Shown: piece after piece, positions 13,324 to 55,402 of the stretch
How the letters are laid out: each line of letters begins with the position of its first letter
Numbering within the stretch: the first letter of the stretch is position 1
Assembly: GCF_009914755.1 (NCBI RefSeq)
Contig: NC_060934.1
Direction: 5' to 3' (one strand)
Length of the DNA stretch: 64,000 nt
Source of the DNA: the human T2T-CHM13v2.0 reference genome, Homo sapiens
Translations under genes and position numbers: made by a program
The notes under the pieces: generated by a model
Database searches by the model: none
Told to the model about the DNA's origin: nothing
What the model saw: only the letters and a program-made list of their open reading frames with translations

Positions 13324-14279
13324 TTTTATGATAATCAAATGCATGGTTGCTTTTCTCCGGGATTAACCGGGCACAAAGGAGAACAGTGACCGGATACTGT
13401 ACGGGACAGGCGCGGTAGTTTCTGGTTACTGTTGTGACGGTAGATCAAGTGTTACTACCCCTATGTTAGAAACGAGAGAACTGAGGCCTGGAGGAGCAGC
13501 AGCAGCGTTCTGGTCGAGCTTAATAGTTTATGAAATCCATAACTTCTATTGTCTTCCCTTTGACCTGCCCAAATCCTACCATCAGTACAAAAGGCAGAGC
13601 AGGGTTTGAATGAATTCTCCATTAAGCGGCTTTGGGGGCACCAAATGCCAGTGAAGGCACATTGGGGAAATTGGAACACAGTGTCCAAAATGATCACCAT
13701 TGCTACTGCTATTTGGTCTTAGATCACCTTTTTTTCGTCTTTTCCTTTAACACTCGCCTGGAAGACTTTTTGGCTGAGTCTGAAAGATAAACAGGCAATG
13801 AGAAAATGTTCTAAAAATAGACTCCCTGGCCCTTGGCCCAGGGTACTTTTGTTTTCAAGTTTCTACTGCTGCTCAAATTCTTTCCTTACGTAAGAGGTTA
13901 TGGCAGAATTTTGGGGGCCAGTATGTGTGTTGGAGGTGGTGGGGGCGATCTGGGGAAACGGTCTTGAAAGAGCTGTATTTCCAAAATGTCTAGAAGTTGG
14001 TCCGGTGGGTTACTCACACCCTCCGCAAAGCAGGTGGGGGAAATTTCTGTGAAGTAAGAGCGCTGGGCTGAGCTTTGTCATCCTTGGGCTAAGAGTTCAG
14101 CGTTGTGCTGGAATGCCAAGGTTAGTGCTTGAATGCCCTCTGGGATTGTCATCCCGTCTGCAAAGTTGTTTCAGCAATTTCTAACCAGCCATGTATATTT
14201 ATATAAGGAATATTTATTATATTTGTTTTGCTTTTAACCTGATGATTTCACCTTCTGTGTTCTGATTGGTTCCTGTCTG

Positions 14280-14680
14280 TTCTAAGGTCCACCCTTCTAC
14301 CTGGCTTGTAAGTCGTTCATGAACTGGCCTCTGCTTATCTCACCAGCCTCATATCTCACTCTGTGTCCCACACAAAACTCCTTGCAGTTCTTGGAACCTG
14401 TGCTTCCCAGAACGTGATATGCTCTTTGATATGCTGTTTGCATGATATGCTTTTTCTCTCCCCTTGGATATTCATATGTACTCTACTTTCTGCCTGCCAC
14501 AGCCACCCCACCTCCTCCTCCAAACTGTCACCCCAGTGCACATGCATGTTATTTTGCCCGACTAATTGTATGCTCAGTCTTCCTGTCTCAGAACAGGCAG
14601 TTACTCCTTCAGGAAGTCTTCCTGGAACCCTCATGTCTGGATTGGACACCCCTCCTGTCGTTTCTACAGAACACTGTGCT
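14280..14680 (+). mobile_element. L2 LINE 3' fragment
   Basis: ctggcctctgcttatctcaccagcctcat...gttactccttcaggaagtcttcctg; degenerate. Confidence 0.55.
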
Positions 14681-15479
14681 AACTCGAGAAATGTTTTTTA
14701 AAAGATAGGAAAGTACAAAGATTCAAGTTATGGGAACTTGAGGAGTCAAGAAGTCAGGGAACTCCTGCTTCGAACAGTGAAAGGCTGAATAAAATATATC
14801 AACAACGGAAGGGAAGAAAGGGGGTCTCCAGGTGTGAGATAGGTCAAGGGAACTCAAAAGCATGACATGAATATAAGCCCAAATGACTAAGGACCAGGGG
14901 TGAGTACCCACTCAGGGATTGGGGTTAGTATCTATTCAGGCCTTGAGTTCTATAAAGACAGGGATCTGGACTTGAGATCTCTGCCTAAGGCTGGAACCCT
15001 GGAAAGGCTGCCCTTTAGTAAGAGGAGGATAGAAAAAAGCCCTCTCCCCATTGGCTCAGGGTCGCGGGAAGGAAACTTGTGGTTTATCCCGGCCCTGGAT
15101 GAATTTTAAAATGTCTTCTATAGAAATGAAAACCCCTAGCCTGCCTATACTATGCATAGGTGTGAGCTCCCAATTTATACTACCCACGTGCTGAGGGAAT
15201 CCTAATGTCAAGAAAAAACACAAAAAACCTGTTTCAAAGTGGTGAATCCCCTTGGCCCTGTCAGAAGCAAACGTAAAATTCGGTTGTTTATCCTGGTCCC
15301 TAGCAGAATAAACAACTCCCATTGAAGTTACAATAAGAAATTAAAATGTTTCATGATAAGAAATTAAAATATTCTTTATATTATTTTAATTTCTTAAAAT
15401 TAAGAATTATTAATAATCATTAAGCTTATAATAAAAAATTAAAAACCAGACTAGGAAATGAACCACATGAGGGTGTGAA

Positions 15480-16100
15480 CTGGTAAATGTAATAAACAGG
15501 AAAATTAGCCCCTTAAGTATCTGAGACAATAGAACAATTTGAAAAAGAGTATCAAATAGTTATGGTCAAAATACAGAGATAAAATGATAGGACATAGGAC
15601 TATGAAAAAAGAACAGGTAAATTTGAAAAAGTACAGCTATAATATGTAGAAATAAAAAGTTTAGTCATTTACATATAAAAAACCTCAATGATTGAAATTC
15701 TTTTTTATTTAGGCAGTTGGTAATATATCAGTCAAAAATCTAATAAAAATAGCTCATTGAAAAGGGGAAAGAAAAGTAATATATTATTGTTTATAAATAT
15801 ATAAATTATTTCAGAAATTTAAAATAATATATTAACAAATAGAATTCCAGCAGCACACCAAAGAATATTACATCATTAATAGATCAAAAGAGAAAAATGG
15901 AAAGATCATCACCATATATGCTGAAAAGCCATCAGATAAAATTTGGCATCGACATATAAACAAACCCTCTGTAACATGGTAAAAACAAAGGGTAAAGTTC
16001 AGCCCCCAAACCAGTGTTATGCTTAATGGGGAAATACTAGAAATCTTCTAAAGTCAGTGCAAGATATGAATGTCCTCCTTCACCCCTATTCTTTTTAAAA
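15480..16100 (+). mobile_element. Old L1 (L1M-type) fragments
   Basis: A-rich; agaattccagcagcacacc, atgctgaaaagccatcagataaaattt and aatggggaaatactaga resemble L1 ORF2. Confidence 0.6.
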
Positions 16101-16686
16101 ATTATAAATTAGGAATATGTTTGGCTGCAAGTAACGGAATACCAGACTGTAATTTTTATAGTGTCTAAGACTATAAAAGGCTTAAACAAATAAGGATTTG
16201 TTTTTCTCACATCAGAAGCTTGTATATAGGTGGCTATTTTGGGTCAGTGCCTTGATAGTTTCAGGGCTGATCAAAGGATATGTGCATTTACTATTTTGGT
16301 ATATATTACAAAATTGCCCTCCAAAGAGATCTCACCAATTTGAACTATTTCCCATAGTATGACGATTGCCTTTTTCTCTACATTGTTGCCAACATTGGCT
16401 ATTTTCTATTATAACTTTAATTTAGTTTGCTTCTTTTATAGGTGAAAAAAACCCCTAATCTCAATGTTTTGATTTGCAGTTTTTAAATTATGAGTGAGGC
16501 TGAACAGAACATTGTTATTGGCCACCTTTATGTGTTTATGTGTGAAGACTCTGTTACAACATCCCCCAGTTTTCTATTGGCTTGTTTATGTGTATACATG
16601 TGTGTGTGAAAGTAGATGGAATGTTCTTCATGATCATTTAAGTGCTAGATGAGGCTTCACATTCCATAGTGAAAGGTGACTTGTCA

Positions 16687-17081
<395 letters not shown>

Positions 17082-17884
17082 TTAAAGATTAAATACACAG
17101 GGACAGATTTCCTGTTCACCCCATCTGTGGTTATTCCAGTATATGGAATAAAATGCATGACAATGGGAGAGACAGGAAGCCTATACTAGTCATTAAGCAT
17201 CTGATGGAGGGGAAAAAAGGGCACTTCCCTTGATTTGGTCAATTTCCCACTACCCTGATTTCAACTTCACATGGAATTTCACAAGATAATAGCAAGTTAG
17301 TTTAGAGGATGTTTCACAGAACAGGCTGCTTTGCTGAGACCTCAGAGGTGTCAGTTGAACAAGACGAATGATTTGCATTTGGCTATTTCATTCCTCAAGG
17401 TCAGTGCTGGTCACGTCCCTCCTCTGGGAATGTCGGAGCCCACAGGGCCTTTAGAGATTATTTACTGACAAAAATTAAGTCCAGAGAAGTTAGGTCACAT
17501 ACTCAAGGTCACATTGCTGGTTAGTGACTGAATAATAATAGCTAAAACTTGTGCCATCTGCTAGGTATTACTCAAGCATTTTATACCTACCAACTCATTT
17601 AATCCTCATATCAACTCACGTGGTAGGAATCATTAGATTCTACAGAACCTACGTTTTTCAAAGATTTTTGAAAATACATTTTATTTCACAACCCAGTATA
17701 CTCACACATACAAGTGCATTATAATTGAAAGACAGTTTCCTTAAAAACAATTGTTATGTTTACTGAATGTGATACAAACTGTTATGTTCCCTTTTCTTTT
17801 TACTCTTCCTATGTTAACCTCTTTTGAAAAAAATGCAGGCCACAACTTATTAAATGAGTCAAGATCCAAAGTTTGAAGAAAATG

Positions 17885-18353
<469 letters not shown>

Positions 18354-18497
18354 TAATGTCTAAAGATGGTACCCTTGCCTTTGACACAGATCATTATGCT
18401 GTAACCTTAGGAATACCTTAATTCACTTATTCATTCATCCATCCATTCATTCAACAAATATTTCAGCACCTAATCTATGCCAGGCATTGTCTAAATC

Positions 18498-18780
18498 AGG
18501 AGTTGGCAAACTATGGCTGTCAGGCCCAATCCAGAGTGCCACCTGCTTCTATAAATACAATTATATTGGCTCAGCCATGGCCATTCATTTATGTGTGGTC
18601 TATGGCTGCTCTGGGGCTCTAACAGCACAGTTGAGTAGCTGCCACAGAGACCATGTGGCCCGTGAAGCCCAAAATATTTCTTTTTTTCCTACCTGTCCTC
18701 AGGATACTTCTATTTTTTTTCTACCAGAAAATATTTCTTAATGTGGTCTTTTATAGAAAAAGTTTGCAAACCTTGGTGCT
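18498..18780. mobile_element. MER58-like hAT DNA transposon remnant
   Basis: caggagttggcaaact ... agtttgcaaacctt terminal inverted ends. Confidence 0.75.
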
Positions 18781-19006
18781 AGATTCTAAAATGCAATGGT
18801 ATCTTAGACTGGTCTCTACTGTCCTAGAGGTTTAAATTGTCCTGCTTAATTTAAAAAGGTTTGAGGCTTTTTGCCTCCCTTGCATTGCCTCAAAAAGCAC
18901 CTGTTCCCAGTAAATGCTCAGCAGGCATTTGCTTCTACTAAAATCATCCAGTAGGTCTTGCAGCAGGTATTGGCAAGAAAGCAACATACCTAACAGGCAG
19001 AAAAGA

Positions 19007-19305
<299 letters not shown>

Positions 19306-20064
19306 TTATTCCTTTAATATAGCAGATTTCATTTTATAGATGCCTATCCTTGTTGCCTATGAGAGTTCAGTAGTCAACTTTTTTTGAGTGCTGATTGTGT
19401 GTCCCACCTTGTGGGTAAGAAAAAAAAGACATAGTTCTTTGGTATTTACATTGAGGATAAGAAAAAAATGAGATAAGTGCATTTTATTGTAATCCTTACT
19501 ACCTGTACTTCTGTTTGGGATCTTGGTGTGTACTTGGAAGTAATTTTAACCACTGTAGAATCTTAAATGTTCGTGTACTGATACCTTTCACCTTCCTTTA
19601 GTCACTAATCACTCCCAAGAGTAATTGCTGTGTGTGTGAGTTTATAAGTTAATTGTATCTTGCATTCATTCATCAAACTTTTTACTTCTAGTGTCTCCTA
19701 TGGGGCAGCACCATAGATGTATTAAAGAAAAGACTGGTCCTCCCAGTCTGGTGGGGAGACATAGAAGTGAACACACAATGATAATGCAGTGAATTGACAG
19801 AAGATGCTCAGTCTTTCCAGCAGCACAGAGGAGAGGTAATTAACTGGGTAAGATTTTTTGGATGAGGCAACACTGAGCTGCCACTTGAAAGAGCTAACTG
19901 GACAAATAAGGAGTCATTGGATTTTCCAGAAAAGGGATCAGCATTTGTAAAGTCTAGAGGTGTTTGAAAATAGAGACTTTCAGGGGATAGTAGATATAAA
20001 AGCATTGGCCCATCATCAAAGGTATTTTGTGCTTTGGTTTTTAAAATTTTTAAAATATATTCAC

Positions 20065-20469
20065 TGTGTTCATCTGCTTGTATTGCTATAAAGGAATATC
20101 TGAGACTGGGTAATTTATAAAAGAGAGAGGTTTGTTTTGGCTCATGGTTCTGCAGGCTGTGCAGGAAACATGGTTCTAGCAACTGCTTCTGGTGAGGGCC
20201 TCAGGAAGCTTATAGCCATGGTGGAAGGCGAAGTGTGAGCTGGTGTGTCACGTGGCAAGAGAGGAAGCAAGAGTGAGAGAAAGGATGTGCCTGACTCCTT
20301 TAAACAAACGGATCTCATGTGAACTGTTAGAGTGAGAACTCACTCATTACCTCTGCACCAAGCCATTCATGAGGGATCTACCCCCCATGACCCGAACACC
20401 TGAGGTAGAAACATTGGAAGTCATGTATCAACATGAGATTTGGAGGGGTCAAAGCATCCACACCATATC
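20065..20469 (-). mobile_element. MaLR LTR, MST family
   Basis: attgctataaaggaatatctgagactgggtaatttata...catccacaccatatca. Confidence 0.88.
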
Positions 20470-20482
20470 ATTCACTTATTTA

Positions 20483-20703
20483 CTTTTGTTTGTTTGTTTT
20501 TGAGACAGGGTCTTGCTCTGTCACCTAGGCTGGAGTGCAGTGACATAATCATAGCTCACTGTAACCTCAAACTCCTGGGCTCCAGTGATCCTCCCTCCTC
20601 AGCCTCCTGAGTAACTAGGACTACAGGTGTGCAACACCACGCCCAGCTCATTAAAAAAATTTTTTTTTGTTTAGATACCAGGTCTTGTTATATTGTTCAG
20701 GCT
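20483..20703 (-). mobile_element. Alu (AluJ), partial
   Basis: gagacagggtcttgctctgtcacctaggctggagtgcagtg... Confidence 0.88.
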
Positions 20704-20767
20704 ACTTATTTACCCACTCATTTATTTATTTATTATTAGTGGGAATAGGTTGTATGGAGCCATTTAG

Positions 20768-21072
<305 letters not shown>

Positions 21073-23035
21073 CACTTAAGCTTTTTAACCAATCTGGTCC
21101 ACCGATTGACTTGTGCACGTCCTTACCAGTCCTGAGTAGGACATCAAACTGCAACCTTGGTGTCTTGGGCAAGAAGCACCAACTGAATGATCTAGCCTAA
21201 CCAGTCATACCCAAAAGTAATCTGTGTGGGAGAAGAGAGCAGCTGCTTTTAACCCAATAAAATTCAAGGCAGGTAAGACGACTGGGTAGTTATGACACTG
21301 CTGTCTCCTTCTCCTGGTAAAAATGCTTACCCGCTGTGGCTGCTCCCTCAGTGCTTCTACCTGGTGCCTGACCTTTCAGTCTTCCTAATAAATCTGCCTG
21401 AGCTTCGGTGCCTCCTCAGGTGTCACGAGGGGAGTTTGTCTGGAGACCCTTTGGGAGCTGATGTCAAATGCTCAACAAATGTTCTGTTAAGTTAGTGCTG
21501 CAGTAGTCTGGAAAAGGAGAAGATTAAAGGAATAAAATATGCCCCCAACAGTTTTGGAGAACACTAGCCAGTGGGGACTCTGCTCTGTCATCTAAGGTGA
21601 CCATATGGTTGGCTGATAAATGATAACAATTTTCTGTAACACGTGGGCTTTTCATCTTCCCAACAGTCTGGAGGAAAAATATTAGATATGATGACAGGAG
21701 CAGTTTTTACCATGTCGTTAAGGGCCCCAAATGTAGTTTTTAGATTCCATAGACACTAAATCCAGCAATGCCACAAGAATGCCTGTGCAAACAGGATCTG
21801 TGTTGATGCAGGCTTTAAAATTTTTTTTTTATTTCTGATATATACAAAGAAAACTCACTTCATCTAGCTTAAACAAATAAGGTTATTTTGTTAGGAGGAT
21901 ACAAAGTATCTAGCAGAATCCAAGAGAGCAGGTGTTGCTGGGTCTCTCAAGGGACCTGCCACCAGGTTCCCACAGGGCATCGGCCACCAAGGAAGAAGCT
22001 CCCTCTCCCATCTTTCGCTTCCTGTTTTTGGTCTGTGGATTCCCCTCATTTATTTGCTTTATTCTTCCCTCCATACAGCCTGCCTTTCTCTGCCTCTCCT
22101 GGGCTTCACATGCTCAGTTCCAGACCTGAGCAATGATTGACTTGCTCTTGGTCCCTGTTATAAATTCCAAGGGAAAATAATAGAACTGGCTTCATGTGGG
22201 TCAGGTCTCCACCTTGACCCATCAGCTGTGGCCCTGGGGAGGTATGTAGGGTGGCCTAGAGCATCATGGCTTCAGAGAGGGACGTAATTCTGGGTGGGAG
22301 TTAATAATCTCAGAGGAGATTGTGGATGATACAGACACCCCCAAAATAGCCTCTGGGACCTCTCTGATCTATGACAGAGGTCGATTTCTGTCAGGGCACA
22401 ATTGCTTTGCATTACAGGCTAGGAATTTACATGTAGGCCTGCAAGTCAGTGTTTCTGCTTTTTTGGAGGTTTACTTCATATCTTCACTGGGTACTATTGA
22501 AGAGGTGAACACTGGGTATAAATACTGTTCTTATTACTGTGTTACAGAACGCACCTGAGAAGTTCTAAGAGGCGATTCTATCCAGGTTTAAATAAGGAGC
22601 TTTGCAGAGGTAGTATATCTCATGATCATGTATTTGAGATATCTGGCAGAAAAAATGGGTGTGTTCTTGACTGTCCCTAGTCCTTGAGTTTGGAGGCACT
22701 TCTCTTCTATCCTTCCAAGGCTCTCTGCTATTCACCCATGCCCTCTTGTCAACTTTAGTGTCCACAAGTACCTGATAGGGACCTCACCCTGCCTAAAGCA
22801 GGATTTTTGGATTCTTGCCTTGGTTTCTGCCCAGTGCTGTTCCCCATACTTGAGATTCTTTTAACTTCCTTCCGTGTCTCTAACTCATACATATCATTTA
22901 AGGTCAAGTTCAAGAGCCATGTCTACCATGTACCTTTCTTTAAGATGTCATGGTTCACTGGGCTTCCTTACTTTAGAACTCATTCAGTAGTGATTCACTG
23001 AACAGTTACTTATACAGCAGAGTGCTGGCTGGTTA

Positions 23036-23742
<707 letters not shown>

Positions 23743-24479
23743 CCAGTGGAGACAGGGGTGAAGAAGACGTGCATCATCTTAGAGCTCCTGTAGTTTGACG
23801 GTGTGGTAGGGAACACAGGTATTAAGCAACTATTTACATGACTAGGCCATTAGTTACCACTGTGGGATGATGCAAGAAGTAGAATACACAATGCTGGAAA
23901 AGGTAGTCTGGGGAAGTGAGACTGAAAGTAATGTGAAGAAGTGAGATCTGAAAGAAGATTGGATGGGAGCCAGCCAGCTGAAGAGAGAAAGAGAGAGAGT
24001 CAAGTATTCCAGACAGGAAGATCAGCATTTGTGAATTCCAGGCAGTGGGAAAGAGCATGGCTACCCAGGGAATTGAAAGAACCAGTGTAACAAGGAGTGA
24101 GTGATGGGAGCTGGCACCAGAAAGTCGAAAGGGCCAGATTACACAGGACCTTATTTACTGACATCCTCATTTCAGTGCTTACTATATCCTGTCTCGGACT
24201 GTTGTCAGAAAATCTTTTAAGGGGAGTGTTGGCGTGCACAATTTGCTTCTCCTGATGCTCCTCAAGGGAGAAGATCGTGTCTTCAACTCCTTTTGTATTC
24301 TCTCTCCACAGTATGCAACATAGGGCTGGACATATAGTAGGTGCTCAAGAAATAAATTAAGTGGATATAATGAGAAATGAGATGAATAGAAGCACTCATT
24401 TGTCTAAATTAGGGGCTGACGCGATCTTGTTGGGTGTGTTTCTCCTAGAGGCTCTGAAAGGTGAGGACTTTGATACTAT

Positions 24480-24498
24480 AATGCCACCTAGTGATTCT
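24480..24498 (-). promoter_or_regulatory. Candidate CTCF site between the two promoters
   Basis: Minus strand reads ATCACTAGGTGGCATT, close to the CCACTAGGTGGCA core. Confidence 0.55.
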
Positions 24499-25419
24499 TG
24501 TTATTACAACAACACAGGGGAGCAGGGTGGTGACTAGTCTTCTGTAATCCAGAAAATTGGAAATCAAACATTTTGTTTCATCAGCATAAATTGATATGTC
24601 CGACCACCCATCCTTTCATCCATTCATCCATCTGTGTTGATGCCCCCTGCATCTCTTTCCTATGAGCTGAACATGTCACGCGCCTTTCTACCTCCTTGTG
24701 GTTCTTTGATTGCTCACTCATATTTGGGTCTTTTTGTCCTCCTATAAGTAAGGTCTCAGATACCAGTATCTAGATTCTCTGAGCTCCCATTGTGCTTTCT
24801 GTTAAAATGGCATATACTAAATGATACCATCTTATTGCATTAGAATTAACTGTAGATGTTCCCTTCTGTCTTTCCCCTAATACAGATTGTGAATGCAAAG
24901 GGCAGTGACTCTGCCATAGTCACCTTGGTGCTTCCTGTGGGCAGCCTTGTGCCTACCATGCAGTACGTTCCTTAAAAAATTGTTTACTGGATTGAACTGC
25001 TGTCACCTATGCAGGGCACCTACTTATGAAAGCTCTTTTAGGAGATCCCTTGGACATGGGAAGACACACAGCCCTGCACTTGACATCAGTGCAACGTATG
25101 GGTGACCAGGGCCCTCTAGGTCTTTATTTTTGTTATATACTTTCAGAAATGTTATGGAGTTTCTCTGGATCATGGCAATCCTACAAACCGATGGTCCCAA
25201 TGTGTAATCAGGTTTCCTGTGAACACACAAAGCAGCCTGAGCTGGGTTGCCTGTCCCATTTCAAGCTCATTTCTATTAGCTTGGCTTACAGTGTGGTTCA
25301 GCCTGCCTCTCCAGTTCATCTGCCACCTCTCCAGCAACCTCCATGCACATTATGACTCAGCCACATTTCCCTCTTTTTGTCCACCAGATATACAGTGTCA
25401 GGTCATGAATGAGATGTCA

Positions 25420-27120
25420 CTGCACAGTTGCCAGTTTTCCTTGCATTTATTCATCAACCCAACACAGTTCTCATAAACTTGACAAACTTACTCTAAAAAT
25501 TATAAGGGAGGATAAAGGCCCGTGGATAGACAAAGCAATCTTAACACAGAAGAATTTGGAATGGGGAACTTGCCCTTCAAGCATGATGACTAACTAAAAA
25601 CCCACAGTGACAAAACCTTGTGGTACTGACACATGAACAAACCAGAGAGCTCAGAACATACTCATGTCTATTTGGAAACTTCCCCAAACCAATTTGGAAA
25701 GAATGGATTGTTTGACATGGGTTGTTGGAAAATTTGCTCACCCCATGGAGAAAAATATAGTTAGATCCCTATCTCACACCATATGGGAAGGAGAACTCCA
25801 GATGGATTAGATAACTGAATGTAAAAAAGTAAAACTATGAAGCTAATGGATAGAAAAAAATGATGGGAGAATACCTTTATGACCGTGGGGTTAAGGAGGT
25901 CTAAATAATACCAAAAAACTATATAAAAAATATAGGGAAAAAAAGAGCTAAAGAGCCACAGTATCAAAGTTAAGGACTATTGTTCCCTTAAAGACATAAA
26001 GGCAGAGTTTCTAGTCTTCTAAAGCAGATTGATGTCCAGGCTTCTCAAAGATATCTGTAAATCAAAAGAAAAAGAAAAAAGATCAATAGAAAAATAGACA
26101 CAGACACTGAAAAGGCAGTTCACAGAAGGGAATCTCAAGTAGCCTATGAATGTATAAAGAAATGGTCAAAAAATTCACTAGTAGTTAGAGAAGTGAAAAT
26201 GAAAGCAAAAAATGAGCTTACACTACTTTCATCATATTGACAGAAATTAGAAAATTAGCTAATTAGATGAGTCAATATTTGCAAAGCACTTAGAATAGTA
26301 TCTGGTATTTACTAAACACTTTATGAGTGTTTAATAAAAAAGACCTATCACCTTCTGGAAGGGATGGATGGAAGTGTTGGATGGAAACCCCACACTGGAG
26401 TGCAGCGTAGGGCAGTAACTCTGGTACACAATCTTAAAGTGCTTGGTAAGTACCCAGGGCTTGTACTAGGCTACTGGGCATCGTTGTGCTCTTGGAAAAC
26501 TGTTCATCTGGCCAGATGAGTTTGAAAATATCACACCCTCTAGATAGTTACAGCCTTCTAGGTTCATGACTTGGCTGGCGTACAGAGATTTTGTGAGAAT
26601 AAAAAGTGCACACCTTTCTCCAGTAGGGCACATGGCACGGGAAAGAGAGTAGAGACAGTTTTTCAGCCTCCATTGCCCCATGGCTGGATGTGTTTGTGCA
26701 GGACGCAGCTGCATAAGCAAATGTCCCTGTGCATCCCTATAACTTTAACAATCTTACTCCTTGGCATATATTTCAGAGGAATTTGCACAGAGGTCCTTAA
26801 GGGACCACGGACAAAGACGATCATGGCTGTATTACTTGATGTATTGGAGAATTAGAGGCGGCCTTGTTACCTAACACCTGGGGAATGGAAGTGAAGTGTG
26901 GTAGATGCCCCTTATGAAACGCTGTGCAGTACTCAGAAGCAATGAACTATATGCTTGCCAATCGCAACGAGGACAGATCCTTAAAAAGAATGTTGAGTGA
27001 AAAAAGTAGAAAATAAGATAATCTCCAAAGTCCAGTAGCATTATTTAAACATTTTTAAAAAATACACTGATAAAAATTTTGTACATTTCCCAAAAATACA
27101 TATGGAAGCACAGCAGCATG
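25420..27120 (+). mobile_element. Old L1 (L1M-type) ORF2 end / 3' region, fragmented
   Basis: Translation KLTLKIIREDKGPWIDKAILTQKN resembles the L1 ORF2 C-terminal region; ttagatccctatctcacaccata; A-rich. Confidence 0.7.
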
Positions 27121-27200
27121 AATGCCTATGGGGTTGAGGATAGGGGTTGGGAGTAGGGATGGGGATAAAGGGGGAAAATAAAACCAGAGAGGAGTCTTAC

Positions 27201-27700
27201 ACATTTCATGAACCAAGGAGTATAATTATTTCAACTATTTGTACCTGAAGTCCAGAAAGAGTGGAGGCAGAAGGGGGAGAAGAGGGCGAAGAAACGTTTT
27301 TGGGAGAGGGGTCCCAGAAGAGAGATTTTCGCGATGTGGCGCTACATACGTTTTTCCAGGATGCCTTAAGCTCTGCACCCTATTTTTCTCATCACTAATA
27401 TTAGATTAAACCCTTTGAAGACAGCGTCTGTGGTTTCTCTACTTCAGCTTTCCCTCCGTGTCTTGCACACAGTAGCTGTTTTACAAGGGTTGAACTGACT
27501 GAAGTGAGATTATTCCTCGTTGTCTCGGAAGGCAGAGTGTAGCCGCCAGTCCTTCCCTCATCCGGAACCTTCTGGTCCACATTTCCTTCCAAGCGTTAGT
27601 CCTCGGCTCTCCATGCTTGGCTCCCTAGTGTCACACACCGTCCTTTCTGGGTGGCCTCTTCCAATTCGCCCTCTTCTTTCTCCTGGGTGTCTCCATCTGC
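27201..27700 (-). ncRNA. CFAP58-DT: Divergent spliced lncRNA 5' part (probably CFAP58-DT); candidate exon 1 ~27700..27350, exon 2 27244..27201
   Basis: On the minus strand: donor C|GTATGT at 27349, long polypyrimidine tract plus CAG acceptor at 27247-27245, donor T|GTAAGA at 27200. Name is from recalled annotation; start is approximate. Confidence 0.55.
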
Positions 27701-27869
27701 CCACACCGTGGGACTCCTCCCAGCCTCTCAGGGGCACCGCCCCCTCACTTCCTTGGCTCCGCCCCATTGGGATATATTTGCATATTTCTCTGAGGAACCC
27801 TGCCCAGGTGCCAGCCGCAGAAGCTCCTCCCCTTTCGAATTCCCGCTAGCGCCCCTAGAGGGCGTGTCC

Positions 27870-27882
27870 GTTGCCAGGCGAC
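27870..27882. promoter_or_regulatory. RFX X-box
   Basis: GTTGCCAGGCGAC, a near-palindromic match to GTTGCC(N)nGGCAAC about 140 bp upstream of the ATG of a motile-cilia gene. Confidence 0.8.
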
Positions 27883-28024
27883 GGGCCGACGCGCCGAGCG
27901 CGGGTTTCCGCTCGGGGCGGGCGATAGAGACAGCGCGTCGCGCCTTTAGCTTCTTTCCCAGACTCCGGCCCAGCTCCTGCGATCTCCACAGCAGCCTCTG
28001 AGGCCGCCCCCAGAGAGCATCAGG

Positions 28025-54369
<26,345 letters not shown>

Positions 54370-54883
54370 GTAAGCTGCTCAGTGATGTTGTGGGTGGAGC
54401 AGAGGCACATTCCTTCCTCCGCATTTCTGATGGTCACAAACTGTTGCAAAGAGAATTTATTCAGATTTCTGTTTGTAATTTGTGTGAAGATTTGGGAGGA
54501 ACGATGTGGACAAAATATAAGCTGTTTCCGAGCTGATTCTGGGCCACATTGTGAAAAGGACAATGTTTATGCTTGGTGCTCTCTCATTTCTACTTTCCAG
54601 GGCCCTCTTCCAACTTCTGGGTTCTCCCTCTTCTCTGTTGCCATGCTGTGCAGCATCCCTGGGCTGGCACCAGGGCTGCCAGCATCATCTCTCAACTCTC
54701 CAGTCTCCGCACCCACCCAGCATCTGTCACTGAAACTTTTGTCCCCTCAGGGAAAGGACTCCAACTTGATGTTAGGAGAAAAGCATCTAATTAAATGACC
54801 ACAAGTTAAGATGTGAGTGACTACTGCATCTGCTAGGTGTGTCAATATTCAAAGAGCATTTTTTATTCTAAAACGATTATGAA

Positions 54884-55402
<519 letters not shown>

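Noticed and set aside
22322-22420. GTSLIYDRGRFL resembles the 4E-BP motif GTRIIYDRKFL (possible EIF4EBP pseudogene fragment)
   Set aside because: Similarity covers about 10 residues and needs a gap; there is no flanking 4E-BP homology, poly-A or TSD. A TBLASTN hit to EIF4EBP1-3 would be needed to revive it.
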